A stretch of 64,000 nt of DNA from Candidatus Fermentibacteraceae bacterium (GTDB lineage Bacteria > Fermentibacterota > Fermentibacteria > Fermentibacterales > JCC-6), in contig JAWLEP010000008.1 of NCBI GenBank assembly GCA_041686025.1, positions 4,996-68,995 on the forward strand, given 5' to 3'. This document shows, one piece after another, positions 50,104 to 59,335 of the stretch. Numbering within the stretch: the stretch's first letter is position 1; each line of letters starts with the position of its first letter. Under the pieces are notes generated by a model. That model worked only from the letters and a program-made list of their open reading frames with translations. It made no database searches and had not been told where the DNA came from. Both the position numbers and the translations under genes were made by a program.

Positions 50104-50891
50104 GGTTCGTCAAGATGAGCGGGGCGGGGAACGACTTCCTGGCCCTGGACAACCGTGACGGATCGCTGGACGGGCTCCTTGCCGGAGAGTACATCCGGCG
50201 GGTCTGCGCCCGCAGCATCTCGGTGGGCGCCGACGGCCTGCTGGAGCTGCTTGCCGACCCCGACTACCTTTTCCGCATGCGCTACTACAACAGCGACGGC
50301 GGCCGGGCGGAGATGTGCGGCAACGGCGGACGCTGCATGGCCGTCTTCGCCGGCATGCTGGGGCTGGCCGGCGGCGAGCCGTTTACCTTCAGAAGCGACG
50401 CCGGAGTGCACAGGGCCCTTGTCTGCGGCCCGGAGGAGGCCCGCATATGGATGACCGACCCCCGGGAGTCGTTCCTGGACCGGGAGATCGGGCTGCCGGC
50501 CGGAAGCGCCAGGATCAGCCTGGTGGACACCGGCGTGCCCCACGCCGTGGAGCTGGCCGAGGAGCTGGACGACGAGGTCTTCGCCAAAGCCCCCCTGGTC
50601 CGCCGGCACAGGGAGATGGGGGAGAGGGGGGCCAACTACGACCTGGTGGCCGCCTGCGGAGACGGCCTGGAGATAAGGACCTGGGAGCGGGGGGTGGAGG
50701 GCGAGACCCTGGCCTGCGGCACCGGGGCGGTTGCCGCCGCCTACGTGGCCTCGAAGCTATTGTCCACCTCCCTTCCCGTGCCGGTGCGGGTGCGCAGCGG
50801 AATGGAGCTGCTGGTGGGCAGGGACCGGCACGGCTGGTGGCTGCAGGGTGAGGCCAGGCCGGTCTTCCGGGGCGAGACCCTGTCGGTCTGA
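50100..50891 (+). CDS. dapF: Diaminopimelate epimerase
   Basis: TTG start. RFVKMSGAGNDF N-terminus and both catalytic Cys motifs (MRYYNSDGGRAEMCGNG and LACGTGAVAAA). Confidence 0.9.
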   Translation: MRFVKMSGAGNDFLALDNRDGSLDGLLAGEYIRRVCARSISVGADGLLELLADPDYLFRMRYYNSDGGRAEMCGNGGRCMAVFAGMLGLAGGEPFTFRSDAGVHRALVCGPEEARIWMTDPRESFLDREIGLPAGSARISLVDTGVPHAVELAEELDDEVFAKAPLVRRHREMGERGANYDLVAACGDGLEIRTWERGVEGETLACGTGAVAAAYVASKLLSTSLPVPVRVRSGMELLVGRDRHGWWLQGEARPVFRGETLSV

Positions 50892-50956
50892 TGCGGATGC
50901 GGAGGGATACTCTTGACGGAGGAAGCGGGGCGGTCTATTTGATTCTACCGTTCGGA

Positions 50957-51032
50957 GCGGGCATAACTCAGTTGGCAGAGTGTCAGCTTCCCAAGCTGAA
51001 AGTCGCGGGTTCGATTCCCGTTGCCCGCTCCA
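50957..51032 (+). tRNA. tRNA-Gly (anticodon CCC)
   Basis: 76-nt cloverleaf: acceptor GCGGGCA/TGCCCGC, D-arm ACTC-AGTTGGCA-GAGT, anticodon arm TCAGC-TTCCCAA-GCTGA, T-arm with GTTCGATTC, and 3' CCA. Close to E. coli glyU. Confidence 0.9.
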
Positions 51033-51040
51033 TCCTCCTC

Positions 51041-51688
51041 ATGGCGCTTTTGTCCCTGCTCTTCTGCATTCCCCGGACCTGCCCCGCCGCAGACCCCAGG
51101 CTGGAGAGGGCCTGGCGGCTCAGGGCGGGTCTGGAAGCGGGAAGCGGCGCGTCGGAGAGGGAGCTGCTGCGGTCGGCCCAGAACCTCTTCGACCGCGGCC
51201 TGGGTCCACTGCCGGAGGTCTACCGGGCGGACCTCGTCCGCCTGCGGACCAGAATACGGTCGGGCGACCACCTGGCCTACATCGCCGCGGTGATTGACCT
51301 GCTGGACGGAGGCCGGGTGCGGGAGGCCGAGCTCTACATGCTCCTGGCTGGCCGGGACGTGCCGGCCACCAGGATGGACCTGGCCAAGGGCCTCTCCTGG
51401 TACGGGCGCTACCGGTTGGGGGAGCCGGCCTCCAGGATGCTCGACCCGCCCGAGGACGTGGAGTCGCACAGCTACGCCTACCGGATCGCGGCCCTGATAG
51501 ACCTGGGGTGGATGGTCCCCGCCCCCGACGGGCTGTTCCATCCCCACGAGCTGGCGGGGGAGGGCGACCTGGTTCGGGTATGGGAGCGCTTCCTGGACGG
51601 CGAGGGCGACCCATGGCCCGCCGACTGGATCAGCGTGGGACAGCTGGACGTCTTTCTCAGGGGCGGACGCCCGGAAGGTGAGCGATGA
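51041..51688 (+). CDS. Hypothetical secreted protein
   Basis: ATG 9 nt after the tRNA. Signal-peptide-like N-terminus MALLSLLFCIPRTCPAA. The upstream part of the track ORF (from 50891) overlaps the tRNA and was discarded. Confidence 0.5.
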   Translation: MALLSLLFCIPRTCPAADPRLERAWRLRAGLEAGSGASERELLRSAQNLFDRGLGPLPEVYRADLVRLRTRIRSGDHLAYIAAVIDLLDGGRVREAELYMLLAGRDVPATRMDLAKGLSWYGRYRLGEPASRMLDPPEDVESHSYAYRIAALIDLGWMVPAPDGLFHPHELAGEGDLVRVWERFLDGEGDPWPADWISVGQLDVFLRGGRPEGER

Positions 51689-52317
51689 CCTGGAAGCAGC
51701 GCCAGGAAGTGGCCACCCGGACCCTGGGCGACCTGCTTCGGAGGACCCGGGAGATGAACCTGCGGGTCCCGGTGGTGCCGGCCATATTCTCCGGCCTGCG
51801 GATAGCCGCGGCCCCCCTTCTGATGTTCTTCGTCAGCGTAAGCCCCATGCCCCGGGCCGCCTTCTGGACAGCTCTGGGAGCGGCCTTCACCGACTACGCC
51901 GACGGCTGGCTCGCCAGGAGGCTGCACTGCAAGACCTACGGCGGGAAGATACTGGACTTCACCGCGGACAAGGTCTTCCTGATGGTGGCCCTGCTCAGCA
52001 TGGCCTCGGCCGGCTACATGGACGCCACCGTGGCCGGGGTGATCACCGGCTACCACCTGCTGGTGATAATGGCCATAACCGTGGTCTCATGGAGCCTCTC
52101 CACGCCGGTGGTGCCCGTTCCCACCGGAGAGAGGCTGGTGGTGACCCTCTCCTACGTGCTGGTGGTCTCCGTTGCCGGGGCCAGGGCCTTCCCCGAGAAG
52201 GGGATCTACTCCACGCTGGCCTGGCTGGGAGGGGTGCTCACCCTGGTGTCCCTGCTGCTGGGAGTGGTGGGCTACCTCCGCCTGATCCGGCGCATCCTGG
52301 GGAGGTACAGGCGATGA
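51685..52317 (+). CDS. CDP-alcohol phosphatidyltransferase (PgsA-like)
   Basis: The motif DYADGWLARRLHCKTYGGKILDFTADKV matches D-G-x2-A-R-x8-G-x3-G-x3-D-x3-D. Multiple TM helices. ATGA overlap with the upstream gene. Confidence 0.8.
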   Translation: MTWKQRQEVATRTLGDLLRRTREMNLRVPVVPAIFSGLRIAAAPLLMFFVSVSPMPRAAFWTALGAAFTDYADGWLARRLHCKTYGGKILDFTADKVFLMVALLSMASAGYMDATVAGVITGYHLLVIMAITVVSWSLSTPVVPVPTGERLVVTLSYVLVVSVAGARAFPEKGIYSTLAWLGGVLTLVSLLLGVVGYLRLIRRILGRYRR

Positions 52318-53003
52318 CGGCCGCCGGAGCCCTGCTGGCGCTGACCCTGATAATGCCCGCCGCCGGCCCGGAGGCCCTGGAGAGGGAGGGAAGGCTCTGG
52401 GAGGCCGGGGTAGCCTACCAGGAGGCGGGGGACCTGCAGGGACAGATGCGGGTGATGTGCCGCCTGCTGGAGGAGGCCCTCTACGCGGGCCATCCCTTCC
52501 GATCCGCCCGGCTCATAGACGAGCTCGAGGGCATGGGGGCTGACCCGGCCGACGTTGCGATGTGGAGGGCCCGGCTGGCCTGGGTCTGCGGCCTGGAGCA
52601 GCTGGCCCGCAGGGAGCTGGAGGAGATGTCGGGCCCCGGCTGGACAGGGCGCCGGGCGGGGGGTCTGGCCCACCTCTACGGCCTGCGTCCGCAGCGGGCG
52701 GTGGAAGAGCTAAGGTCGGCCTACGTGGAGGCGGAGAACGACATGGAGAGGTACTACGCAGCGGTGGACCTCACCTGCGCCATGCTCGCAGCCGGTATGA
52801 CGGGCCGGGCCCTGGAGGCCTCCGACTCGCTGGCGGCGGCGCTTCCCCGCGACGGTCTGCCCGCCGTCCTGCGCTGTCTCTGCCTGCACCGCGCCGGCCG
52901 GTACGCCGAGGCCATGACCGTTCTGGACTCCCTGGCGGCGGACACCACGGTGGGCGCGGGTCCGCGATCGATGGCGGAGAACCTGCTGGAGGAGCTGCAG
53001 TGA
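52314..53003 (+). CDS. Hypothetical exported helical-repeat (TPR-like) protein
   Basis: ATGA overlap with the upstream gene. N-terminal hydrophobic signal, then Ala/Leu-rich helical repeats. Confidence 0.45.
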   Translation: MTAAGALLALTLIMPAAGPEALEREGRLWEAGVAYQEAGDLQGQMRVMCRLLEEALYAGHPFRSARLIDELEGMGADPADVAMWRARLAWVCGLEQLARRELEEMSGPGWTGRRAGGLAHLYGLRPQRAVEELRSAYVEAENDMERYYAAVDLTCAMLAAGMTGRALEASDSLAAALPRDGLPAVLRCLCLHRAGRYAEAMTVLDSLAADTTVGAGPRSMAENLLEELQ

Positions 53004-53896
53004 TCGGCCTGCTGCGGAGGTTCAGGCAGAGGCGTCGACTGGCCTCGCTGCTGGAGGACCGTCCCGTGATCCACCTTCCCCACGACCTGCGGGAGCCGGA
53101 GTCGGTGGGGGTCTTCTGCAGCGGCGGGGAGGAGAGGGTGTGGGCCGCCATCTACATGGCCAGGGCCCTGGCCGAGGCCTACGGAAGCGATGCCCTGCAC
53201 GCCTACTGCCCCCGCCGCGACAGGGAGCTGATGGCCACTGTGTTGGCCACCGACCGGGTCCACCACCTCCCCGACCCCTCGGCAGACCGGGGCGAAGAGG
53301 ATCCCCCACCCTCCATTCTCTTCTACCCCTACGGCGACGTTCCCCTCGACACGGCCGTCCGCCTGGCCTCCCTGCGCCGGCCGGTGGCGGGGATGGCCGA
53401 GCACCCGGTGGTGGGGCTGCGGGTCAGGGTGGCCGGCGGCTACCGGCTTCCCCGGGCGGTGGAGGAGATGTGCCGGCTGCTGGACGTCCCCTTCCCCGGG
53501 GACTGGCGGCCGAATGTTCCCCGCAACGACTCCGCCAGGGCAGAAGCGCTTCTGGCACCGGTTTCCGGCCACGCCATGCCCTACATAGCCGCCAGCTCCG
53601 GTGCGGCGGACGTCCTCCGCTCATCCGGAGTCGAGATACCGCTGAAGATGGTTCTCATGGACTCCGAGAAGGGCCCGGTCAGAGGGGCGGAGAGGGGCGT
53701 GAGGGCGGCGGTTGTGGCGGGAGCCGCGGCGGTTGTCACCGACTGCCCCGTTGTCTACAGCGACGCCTGCGCCCTGGGGGTGCCGGTGGTGGGTCTGGAC
53801 CGCAGGGGGTCTTTCCCGCCCTGGGACAGGGAGCCCGCCCCGGACAGGGAGAGCTTCGTGGCCGCCTGGAGGGACCTCCTCCGGGAGGGCTGGTAG
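53000..53896 (+). CDS. Hypothetical protein with GT9-like C-terminal motif
   Basis: GTG overlapping the upstream stop. The C-terminal VVTDCPVVYSDACALGVPVVGLD resembles the heptosyltransferase donor-binding segment. Weak. Confidence 0.35.
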   Translation: MIGLLRRFRQRRRLASLLEDRPVIHLPHDLREPESVGVFCSGGEERVWAAIYMARALAEAYGSDALHAYCPRRDRELMATVLATDRVHHLPDPSADRGEEDPPPSILFYPYGDVPLDTAVRLASLRRPVAGMAEHPVVGLRVRVAGGYRLPRAVEEMCRLLDVPFPGDWRPNVPRNDSARAEALLAPVSGHAMPYIAASSGAADVLRSSGVEIPLKMVLMDSEKGPVRGAERGVRAAVVAGAAAVVTDCPVVYSDACALGVPVVGLDRRGSFPPWDREPAPDRESFVAAWRDLLREGW

Positions 53897-53925
53897 GGCG
53901 TGGAAGGCATGGGGAAGGCTCGGAG

Positions 53926-56571
53926 ATGAATGTTCTGCTCATCGACTCCATGGGACTGCTGTACAGGGGCCACTACGCCCTGATCAAGAGGCCCCTGAGG
54001 GCCTCCGACGGCACCGTCACCAGCGGGCTGCACCACCTGCTCAGCGAGATCTACAGGCACGCGGACGCCCTGGAGCCCGACCTGCTGGGGGTGGTGTTCG
54101 ACCACCCCGGGCCCACCTTCCGTACCGGGATGTACGAAGGGTACAAGGCCAACCGGCCCGAGACGCCGGAAGAGCTGGTGATCCAGTCCCGGCTGGCCCG
54201 AAGCCTGGTGGACAGCCTGGGCCTGCCCCGGGTGGAGGCGGAGGGGCTGGAGGCCGACGACCTCATCGCCGGGCTGGCCCGAACCGCTGCCTCCGCCGGG
54301 CACCGGGTCGCCGTGGTCTCCTCCGACAAGGACCTCCTGCAGGTGCTGGAAGAGGGGGTAACGGTGATCCAGCCGGGACGGCCCGGCAGGGAGGCGCGGA
54401 GCGTGGAGGCCGGGGACGTGCCCGACATACTGGGCGTGGATGTGGGCCAGGTCCCCGACTACATGGCCCTGGTGGGAGACAGCTCCGACAACATACCGGG
54501 GGCGAAGGGAATAGGACCCAAGACGGCGGCAAAGCTGCTGGCGGAGTGGGGGTCCCTGGACTCCATCTACGAGAACCTGGAGAGGGTCAGGCCCGCCGGA
54601 ACCAGGGAGAAGCTGCGCAGCCAGCGGGACAGCGTTATGCTCAGCCGCAGTCTGGTGAGCCTGGACCGCCGCCTCCCCCAAGACCTGCGCCTGGAGGACC
54701 TGAGGCCGTCGGCCCCCCGCGTGGAGGAGGCCACCAGGCTGCTGTCGCGGCTGGGAATGCGCACGGTGCTGGACCGCCTTCCCAGGGGAGAGTCGGCCGG
54801 CTGCCGGGTGGACCTGGTGGATACGACGGAGGCCCTGGACCGCCTGGTGGAGCGGCTGTCGGGCTGCGGCGAGCTGGCGGTGGACACGGAGACCGACTCC
54901 CCCGACCCCCTGGAGGCCCGGCCGGTGGGGCTGGCCCTGGCCAGGGAGGGGGAATCGGCCTGGTACCTGCCGCTGAGGGGCGAGAGCGCTCTGCCCCGGG
55001 AAGAAGCGGTGAGGGCCCTTCGGACCATATCCTCGGGCTGCTCCATGGTGGCCCAGAACGCCAAGTACGACATGCACGTGCTGCGGGGCATGGGAGTCGA
55101 CTGGAGGACCGTGGGCGGCGACCCGTTCCTGGCCGACTACCTGCTGCGCCCGGGGGGAAGCCGGCGGTCCCTGGCGGCGCTGTCCCGGCTGTACCTGGGG
55201 CGGGACATGGATACCTACGACCAGGTCCTCGACGGGGCGGGGACGCTGCTGGAGGTTCCCCTGGAGAAGGTCTCCGCCTACTGCTGCGCCGACGTCACCA
55301 CCGCGCTGCGGCTGCATCGCAAGCTGTCTGGGATGCTGGCGGAGGCCCCCGAGCTGGAGAAGGTCTACCGCACCGTGGAGCTCCCCCTGGTGGAGGTCCT
55401 CACCGACATGGAGCGCCGGGGCGTCTCCCTGGACCTGAGCAGCCTGGGGCAGCTCCGCGGGGAGTACTCGGCCCGCCTGGCGGAGCTGGCGGAGGAGGCG
55501 GCGGGCATAGCCGGCAGGCCCGTAAACCTCAACAGCCCCCGGCAGGTCTCGGAGGTGATGTTCGAGGACCTGGGCCTGGAGACCGTGCGGAAGACCTCCA
55601 CCGGCAGGCCCTCCTCCAGCATGACGGTCCTGAGGACGCTGCAGGGAAGGCACCGCTTCGTGGACCTGGTGATAGAGCACCGGGAGCTCTCCAAGCTCCT
55701 CTCCACCTACATTGAGAAGCTGCCGGACTTCGTCTCCCCCTCCACCGGCCTGATACACACCAGCTTCAACCAGGCGGTCACCGCCACCGGGCGCCTAAGC
55801 TCCAGCTCGCCCAACCTGCAGAACATCCCCATCCGCACCGCCAGGGGCAGAAGCATACGCAGGTGCTTCGCCCCGCCCGGCGAGGGCGAGGTGTTCGTCA
55901 GCGCCGACTACTCGCAGATAGAGCTGCGGGTCCTGGCCCACCTGGCCGGCGACGGCGCTCTGCGAGAAGCCTACAGGAAGGGAGAGGACATACACAGTCG
56001 CACCGCCAGGTCGGTCTTCGGCAGCGACGCCCCGGAGATGCGCAGAAGGGCCAAGGAGGTGAACTTCTCCATAGTCTACGGCATAAGCCCCTACGGACTG
56101 GCCTCCAGGCTGGGGGTCAGCAGGGGGGAGGCGGCGGGCATCATCAACAGGTACTTCGACACCTACCCCGAGGTGGAGAGGTTCTTCCGGGAGACGGTGG
56201 CCACCGCCGAGGCCCAGGGGGAGACCAGGACCATACTGGGCCGCCGGCGGGACTTCTCCGGCCTGGCCGGCGCAGGCGGCAGCAACCGCAGGGCCATGGA
56301 GCGCATGGCCGTGAACACCACGGTACAGGGCTCGGCGGCGGACATAATGAAGCTGGCCATGATAGCCGTCCACCGCCGCCTCGCCGAGGAACTGCCCGAA
56401 GCGGGGCTTGTTCTCCAGGTACACGACGAGCTGCTGCTCTCGGTGGACGCCACAAGGGCCGACCAGGCCACCCGGATCGTGGTGGAGGAGATGGAGGCGG
56501 CGGCGGAGCTGGCAGTGCCGCTGGAAGTGGAGACCGGAACCGGAAGCGACTGGATGGAGGCACAGCATTGA
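53926..56571 (+). CDS. polA: DNA polymerase I
   Basis: 5'-3' exonuclease N-terminus (MNVLLIDSMGLLYRGHYA), 3'-5' exo block (LAVDTETDSPDP), and polymerase motifs A (DYSQIELR), B (RRRAKEVNFSIVYG) and C (VHDELLL). Confidence 0.95.
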   Translation: MNVLLIDSMGLLYRGHYALIKRPLRASDGTVTSGLHHLLSEIYRHADALEPDLLGVVFDHPGPTFRTGMYEGYKANRPETPEELVIQSRLARSLVDSLGLPRVEAEGLEADDLIAGLARTAASAGHRVAVVSSDKDLLQVLEEGVTVIQPGRPGREARSVEAGDVPDILGVDVGQVPDYMALVGDSSDNIPGAKGIGPKTAAKLLAEWGSLDSIYENLERVRPAGTREKLRSQRDSVMLSRSLVSLDRRLPQDLRLEDLRPSAPRVEEATRLLSRLGMRTVLDRLPRGESAGCRVDLVDTTEALDRLVERLSGCGELAVDTETDSPDPLEARPVGLALAREGESAWYLPLRGESALPREEAVRALRTISSGCSMVAQNAKYDMHVLRGMGVDWRTVGGDPFLADYLLRPGGSRRSLAALSRLYLGRDMDTYDQVLDGAGTLLEVPLEKVSAYCCADVTTALRLHRKLSGMLAEAPELEKVYRTVELPLVEVLTDMERRGVSLDLSSLGQLRGEYSARLAELAEEAAGIAGRPVNLNSPRQVSEVMFEDLGLETVRKTSTGRPSSSMTVLRTLQGRHRFVDLVIEHRELSKLLSTYIEKLPDFVSPSTGLIHTSFNQAVTATGRLSSSSPNLQNIPIRTARGRSIRRCFAPPGEGEVFVSADYSQIELRVLAHLAGDGALREAYRKGEDIHSRTARSVFGSDAPEMRRRAKEVNFSIVYGISPYGLASRLGVSRGEAAGIINRYFDTYPEVERFFRETVATAEAQGETRTILGRRRDFSGLAGAGGSNRRAMERMAVNTTVQGSAADIMKLAMIAVHRRLAEELPEAGLVLQVHDELLLSVDATRADQATRIVVEEMEAAAELAVPLEVETGTGSDWMEAQH

Positions 56572-56615
56572 TCCGCCATACCCCCGAGCTCGGCAGGACC
56601 CCGAAAGCGTTCCTG

Positions 56616-57944
56616 ATGGCAGCCATTGTTCCGCTGCTTCTTCTGGTATCCTGCGGAGAAGGCCCCGAGGGCGCGGATGCGCAGCCCCCCCGCCCCAGCA
56701 TCCTGCTGGTTCTGGTGGACACCTTCCGGGCCGATCACGCCGGCTGCTACGGCTACGGCCGGGAGACCACGCCGGTTCTGGACAGCCTGGCGGAGGCCGG
56801 AACCAGGTACGCCGCCTTCCAGTCGCAGAGCTCCTGGACCCTCCCGGCCACGACCTCGCTGCTGACGGGACTCACCGTGCGGGAGCACGGCGCCGGCAGG
56901 CGGGGGGTGGACTTCTACGGCGTAGATACCGCCCTGCCCTATCTGCCCCATATTCTACAGCGGGAGGGATACGCTACCGGTGCGTTCTTCAACGTGGTCT
57001 ACATGGACGCTGACTTCGGCTTCCACCGCGGCTTCGACCACTTCGACTGCCAGGGATTCGCAAGCAGGCTCAGCCTGAGAAGGGCGGACGAGACGGTGGA
57101 CGAGTGCATCTCATGGCTGGACGGCCTTCCCCCGGAGCAGCCCTTCCTGGCCGCCGTTCACTTCTACGACCCCCACATCAGCTACAACCCCCATCCCCCC
57201 TACGACACCCTTTTCACCGACCCCGCCTACCAGGGTCCGTTCGGGCCGGAGTGGGGCGAGGTCACGCAGCTGAAGGCCATCAACAGGGGAGACAGCGTGA
57301 TCCCTCCCGCCGGCCTGGAGAACCTCATCGGCCTCTACGACGGCGAGCTGGCCTTCACCGACGCCCAGCTGGGCAGGCTGCTGGCCTACCTGCGAAGGAG
57401 GGGGCTCTCCACCGGCACGGTGGTGGTGGTCACCGCGGACCACGGCGAGGAGTTCGCCGACCACGGGGGCATCGAGCATGGTCACACCCTCTACCAGGAG
57501 CTGCTGGGAGTGCCCATGGTTATGGCGGGCCCCGGCGTGCCGGAAGGTCGCGTGGTGGAGGAGACCGCGGCGGGGATCGACCTGCTGCCCACCGTTCTGG
57601 GAATGCTGGAGATGGAGGTTCCCCCGGTCTGCGGAGGCGCAGACCTCCTCTCCCCGCTGCCCCCCGACAGGGCGGTGCCCTCCAGCGGGACCCTATGGGC
57701 CGACGGAAGCCTGGCCTCCTGCGTGGCCGCCGGGAACAAGGTGATATGGAACGCCGACACCGACAGCGCAGTGGGTTACAGGATCTCCTCCGACCCCGGG
57801 GAGCTGAATCCGCTGCAGCCCGACAGCGCTCTCCTGGAGCGGGTGATGGAGTACTGGGCCACGCCCCCGGCAGGCGACCCCCCGGTGGTTGACTACTCGG
57901 CGGCAGTTGACAGGACGCTGCGGGACCTGGGATACATAAGGTGA
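56616..57944 (+). CDS. Sulfatase-fold (alkaline phosphatase superfamily) lipoprotein lacking the canonical C/S-x-P-x-R FGly motif
   Basis: Lipobox LLLVSC. LVLVDTFRADHAGCYGYG metal-site region. The nucleophile region reads SSWTLPATTSLLTG (Thr where Cys/Ser is expected, no Arg). VVVTADHGEEF. Confidence 0.7.
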   Translation: MAAIVPLLLLVSCGEGPEGADAQPPRPSILLVLVDTFRADHAGCYGYGRETTPVLDSLAEAGTRYAAFQSQSSWTLPATTSLLTGLTVREHGAGRRGVDFYGVDTALPYLPHILQREGYATGAFFNVVYMDADFGFHRGFDHFDCQGFASRLSLRRADETVDECISWLDGLPPEQPFLAAVHFYDPHISYNPHPPYDTLFTDPAYQGPFGPEWGEVTQLKAINRGDSVIPPAGLENLIGLYDGELAFTDAQLGRLLAYLRRRGLSTGTVVVVTADHGEEFADHGGIEHGHTLYQELLGVPMVMAGPGVPEGRVVEETAAGIDLLPTVLGMLEMEVPPVCGGADLLSPLPPDRAVPSSGTLWADGSLASCVAAGNKVIWNADTDSAVGYRISSDPGELNPLQPDSALLERVMEYWATPPAGDPPVVDYSAAVDRTLRDLGYIR

Positions 57945-57961
57945 TCCGGAGGGGGTAAGAG

Positions 57962-58822
57962 ATGCCGGGCTATACCGCCAGGTTCCTGGAGAGAAGAGAC
58001 CTGCTGCAGTTCCTCTCGGGCCAGCTGCTGGGCTTCGCCCTGGACGACTACTTCGACGGGGCCTACCTGGGAGCCTTCGACCGCCGGGGAAGGGCCGTGG
58101 GCTTCATATTCACCGGCCACGGCTCCGACCGCGAGGAACGGCTCATAGGCGTCCCGCACATACTCGAGAACCGGGCCCCGGCCCCGGAGGCCGAGGAGTT
58201 CCTCATCGCCCGGGCCGCCAGCGTGGCCGGAGAGAGCGCCAAGAGGGTGCTGGCCGCCATCTACTCCGACCAGGGCGCAGAGGACCGCGAGCGGCTGCAG
58301 GAGACCTACAAGAACATGGGCTTCAGCTTTCTGCGCGATTCCAGCCGGATGTTCCGCGACCTGACGGACATACCCGACCCGGAGCGGGAGCTGGAGAGCA
58401 TCGGCGTCGGGGACGTGGGAGCCCCCGAGCTGGCCAGGGTGGCCGCCACCGCCGCCAGGGGAAGCGAGTGGGAGAGCATCGACTTCACCCGCTACATGGA
58501 CATATGGAGCTCGTCCCGCCGCTACGACCCCGGCCTGTTCCGGGTCTACCGCGTGAACCGCCAGCCTGCCGGGGTCTTCATGGCCAGGCTGGACCGCGTC
58601 GACCCCAGCGAGGGCGGGTTCTACTTCCTGGGCGTAGTCCCGGACCACCGCGGGGAAGGATTGGGCAGGAGCATGCTCTACGAGGGCCTGCGCATGCTGC
58701 GCAACCGGGGTGCGGACAAGACCCGCCAGATAGTGCCCTTCAGCGAAGGGCCGGGGATGAAGCTGCTCACCGGTTGCGGCTACAGCGTACTGGAGTGGGC
58801 CCGCTACTTTCAGCTGGGCTAG
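57962..58822 (+). CDS. GNAT-family acetyltransferase-like protein
   Basis: C-terminal FYFLGVVPDHRGEGLGRSMLYEGLRMLRNRG is an acetyl-CoA binding motif A-like segment. Confidence 0.5.
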   Translation: MPGYTARFLERRDLLQFLSGQLLGFALDDYFDGAYLGAFDRRGRAVGFIFTGHGSDREERLIGVPHILENRAPAPEAEEFLIARAASVAGESAKRVLAAIYSDQGAEDRERLQETYKNMGFSFLRDSSRMFRDLTDIPDPERELESIGVGDVGAPELARVAATAARGSEWESIDFTRYMDIWSSSRRYDPGLFRVYRVNRQPAGVFMARLDRVDPSEGGFYFLGVVPDHRGEGLGRSMLYEGLRMLRNRGADKTRQIVPFSEGPGMKLLTGCGYSVLEWARYFQLG

Positions 58823-59286
58823 ACCCCGCAGCCCATCAGCCTGCGCCTCTGTATCTCCGAGCAGATCACCGCCGCCGTACAGGACACGTTCATGCAGTCC
58901 CTGCCGCCGGACTGGGGGAACACCAGCCGCAGGTCCGCCTCCGCCGCTACAGACGGCTGCACACCTTCCGCCTCGTTGCCCAGCACGAAGGCCCCGGATA
59001 GCTCGAAGGCCGCCTCGAAGACGCTCACCGCGCCGGGCCCGTTCTCCAGGGCCACCAGCTGACGGCCGGTCCCCCTGATCCACCGCACCGCCTCGGACAT
59101 GGTGGGCAGGTAGATCCAGGGCACGCTGGCGTGGGTCCCCCGCGAGGTCCGTCCCAGCTTGCGGCTGGGCGGCCGACAGCAGATGCCGGTGAGCACCACC
59201 CCCGCCGGGCCGATGGCATCAGCCAGCCGGAAGATCGACCCCACGTTGTAGGCGCTTCTGAGGTTGTCCAGGACGAACAGGGGCAT
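58819..59286 (-). CDS. SpoU-class tRNA/rRNA 2'-O-methyltransferase (TrmL-like)
   Basis: MPLFVLDNLRSAYNVGSIFRLADAIG and LVFPQSGGRDCMNVSCTAAVICSEI SPOUT motifs. Start at the internal ATG. Confidence 0.75.
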   Translation of the reverse strand: MPLFVLDNLRSAYNVGSIFRLADAIGPAGVVLTGICCRPPSRKLGRTSRGTHASVPWIYLPTMSEAVRWIRGTGRQLVALENGPGAVSVFEAAFELSGAFVLGNEAEGVQPSVAAEADLRLVFPQSGGRDCMNVSCTAAVICSEIQRRRLMGCGV

Positions 59287-59335
59287 CAGAGGCCCCCCAC
59301 TTGGGGAGCGGGCGAACGAAGCGTAGGATATTCCC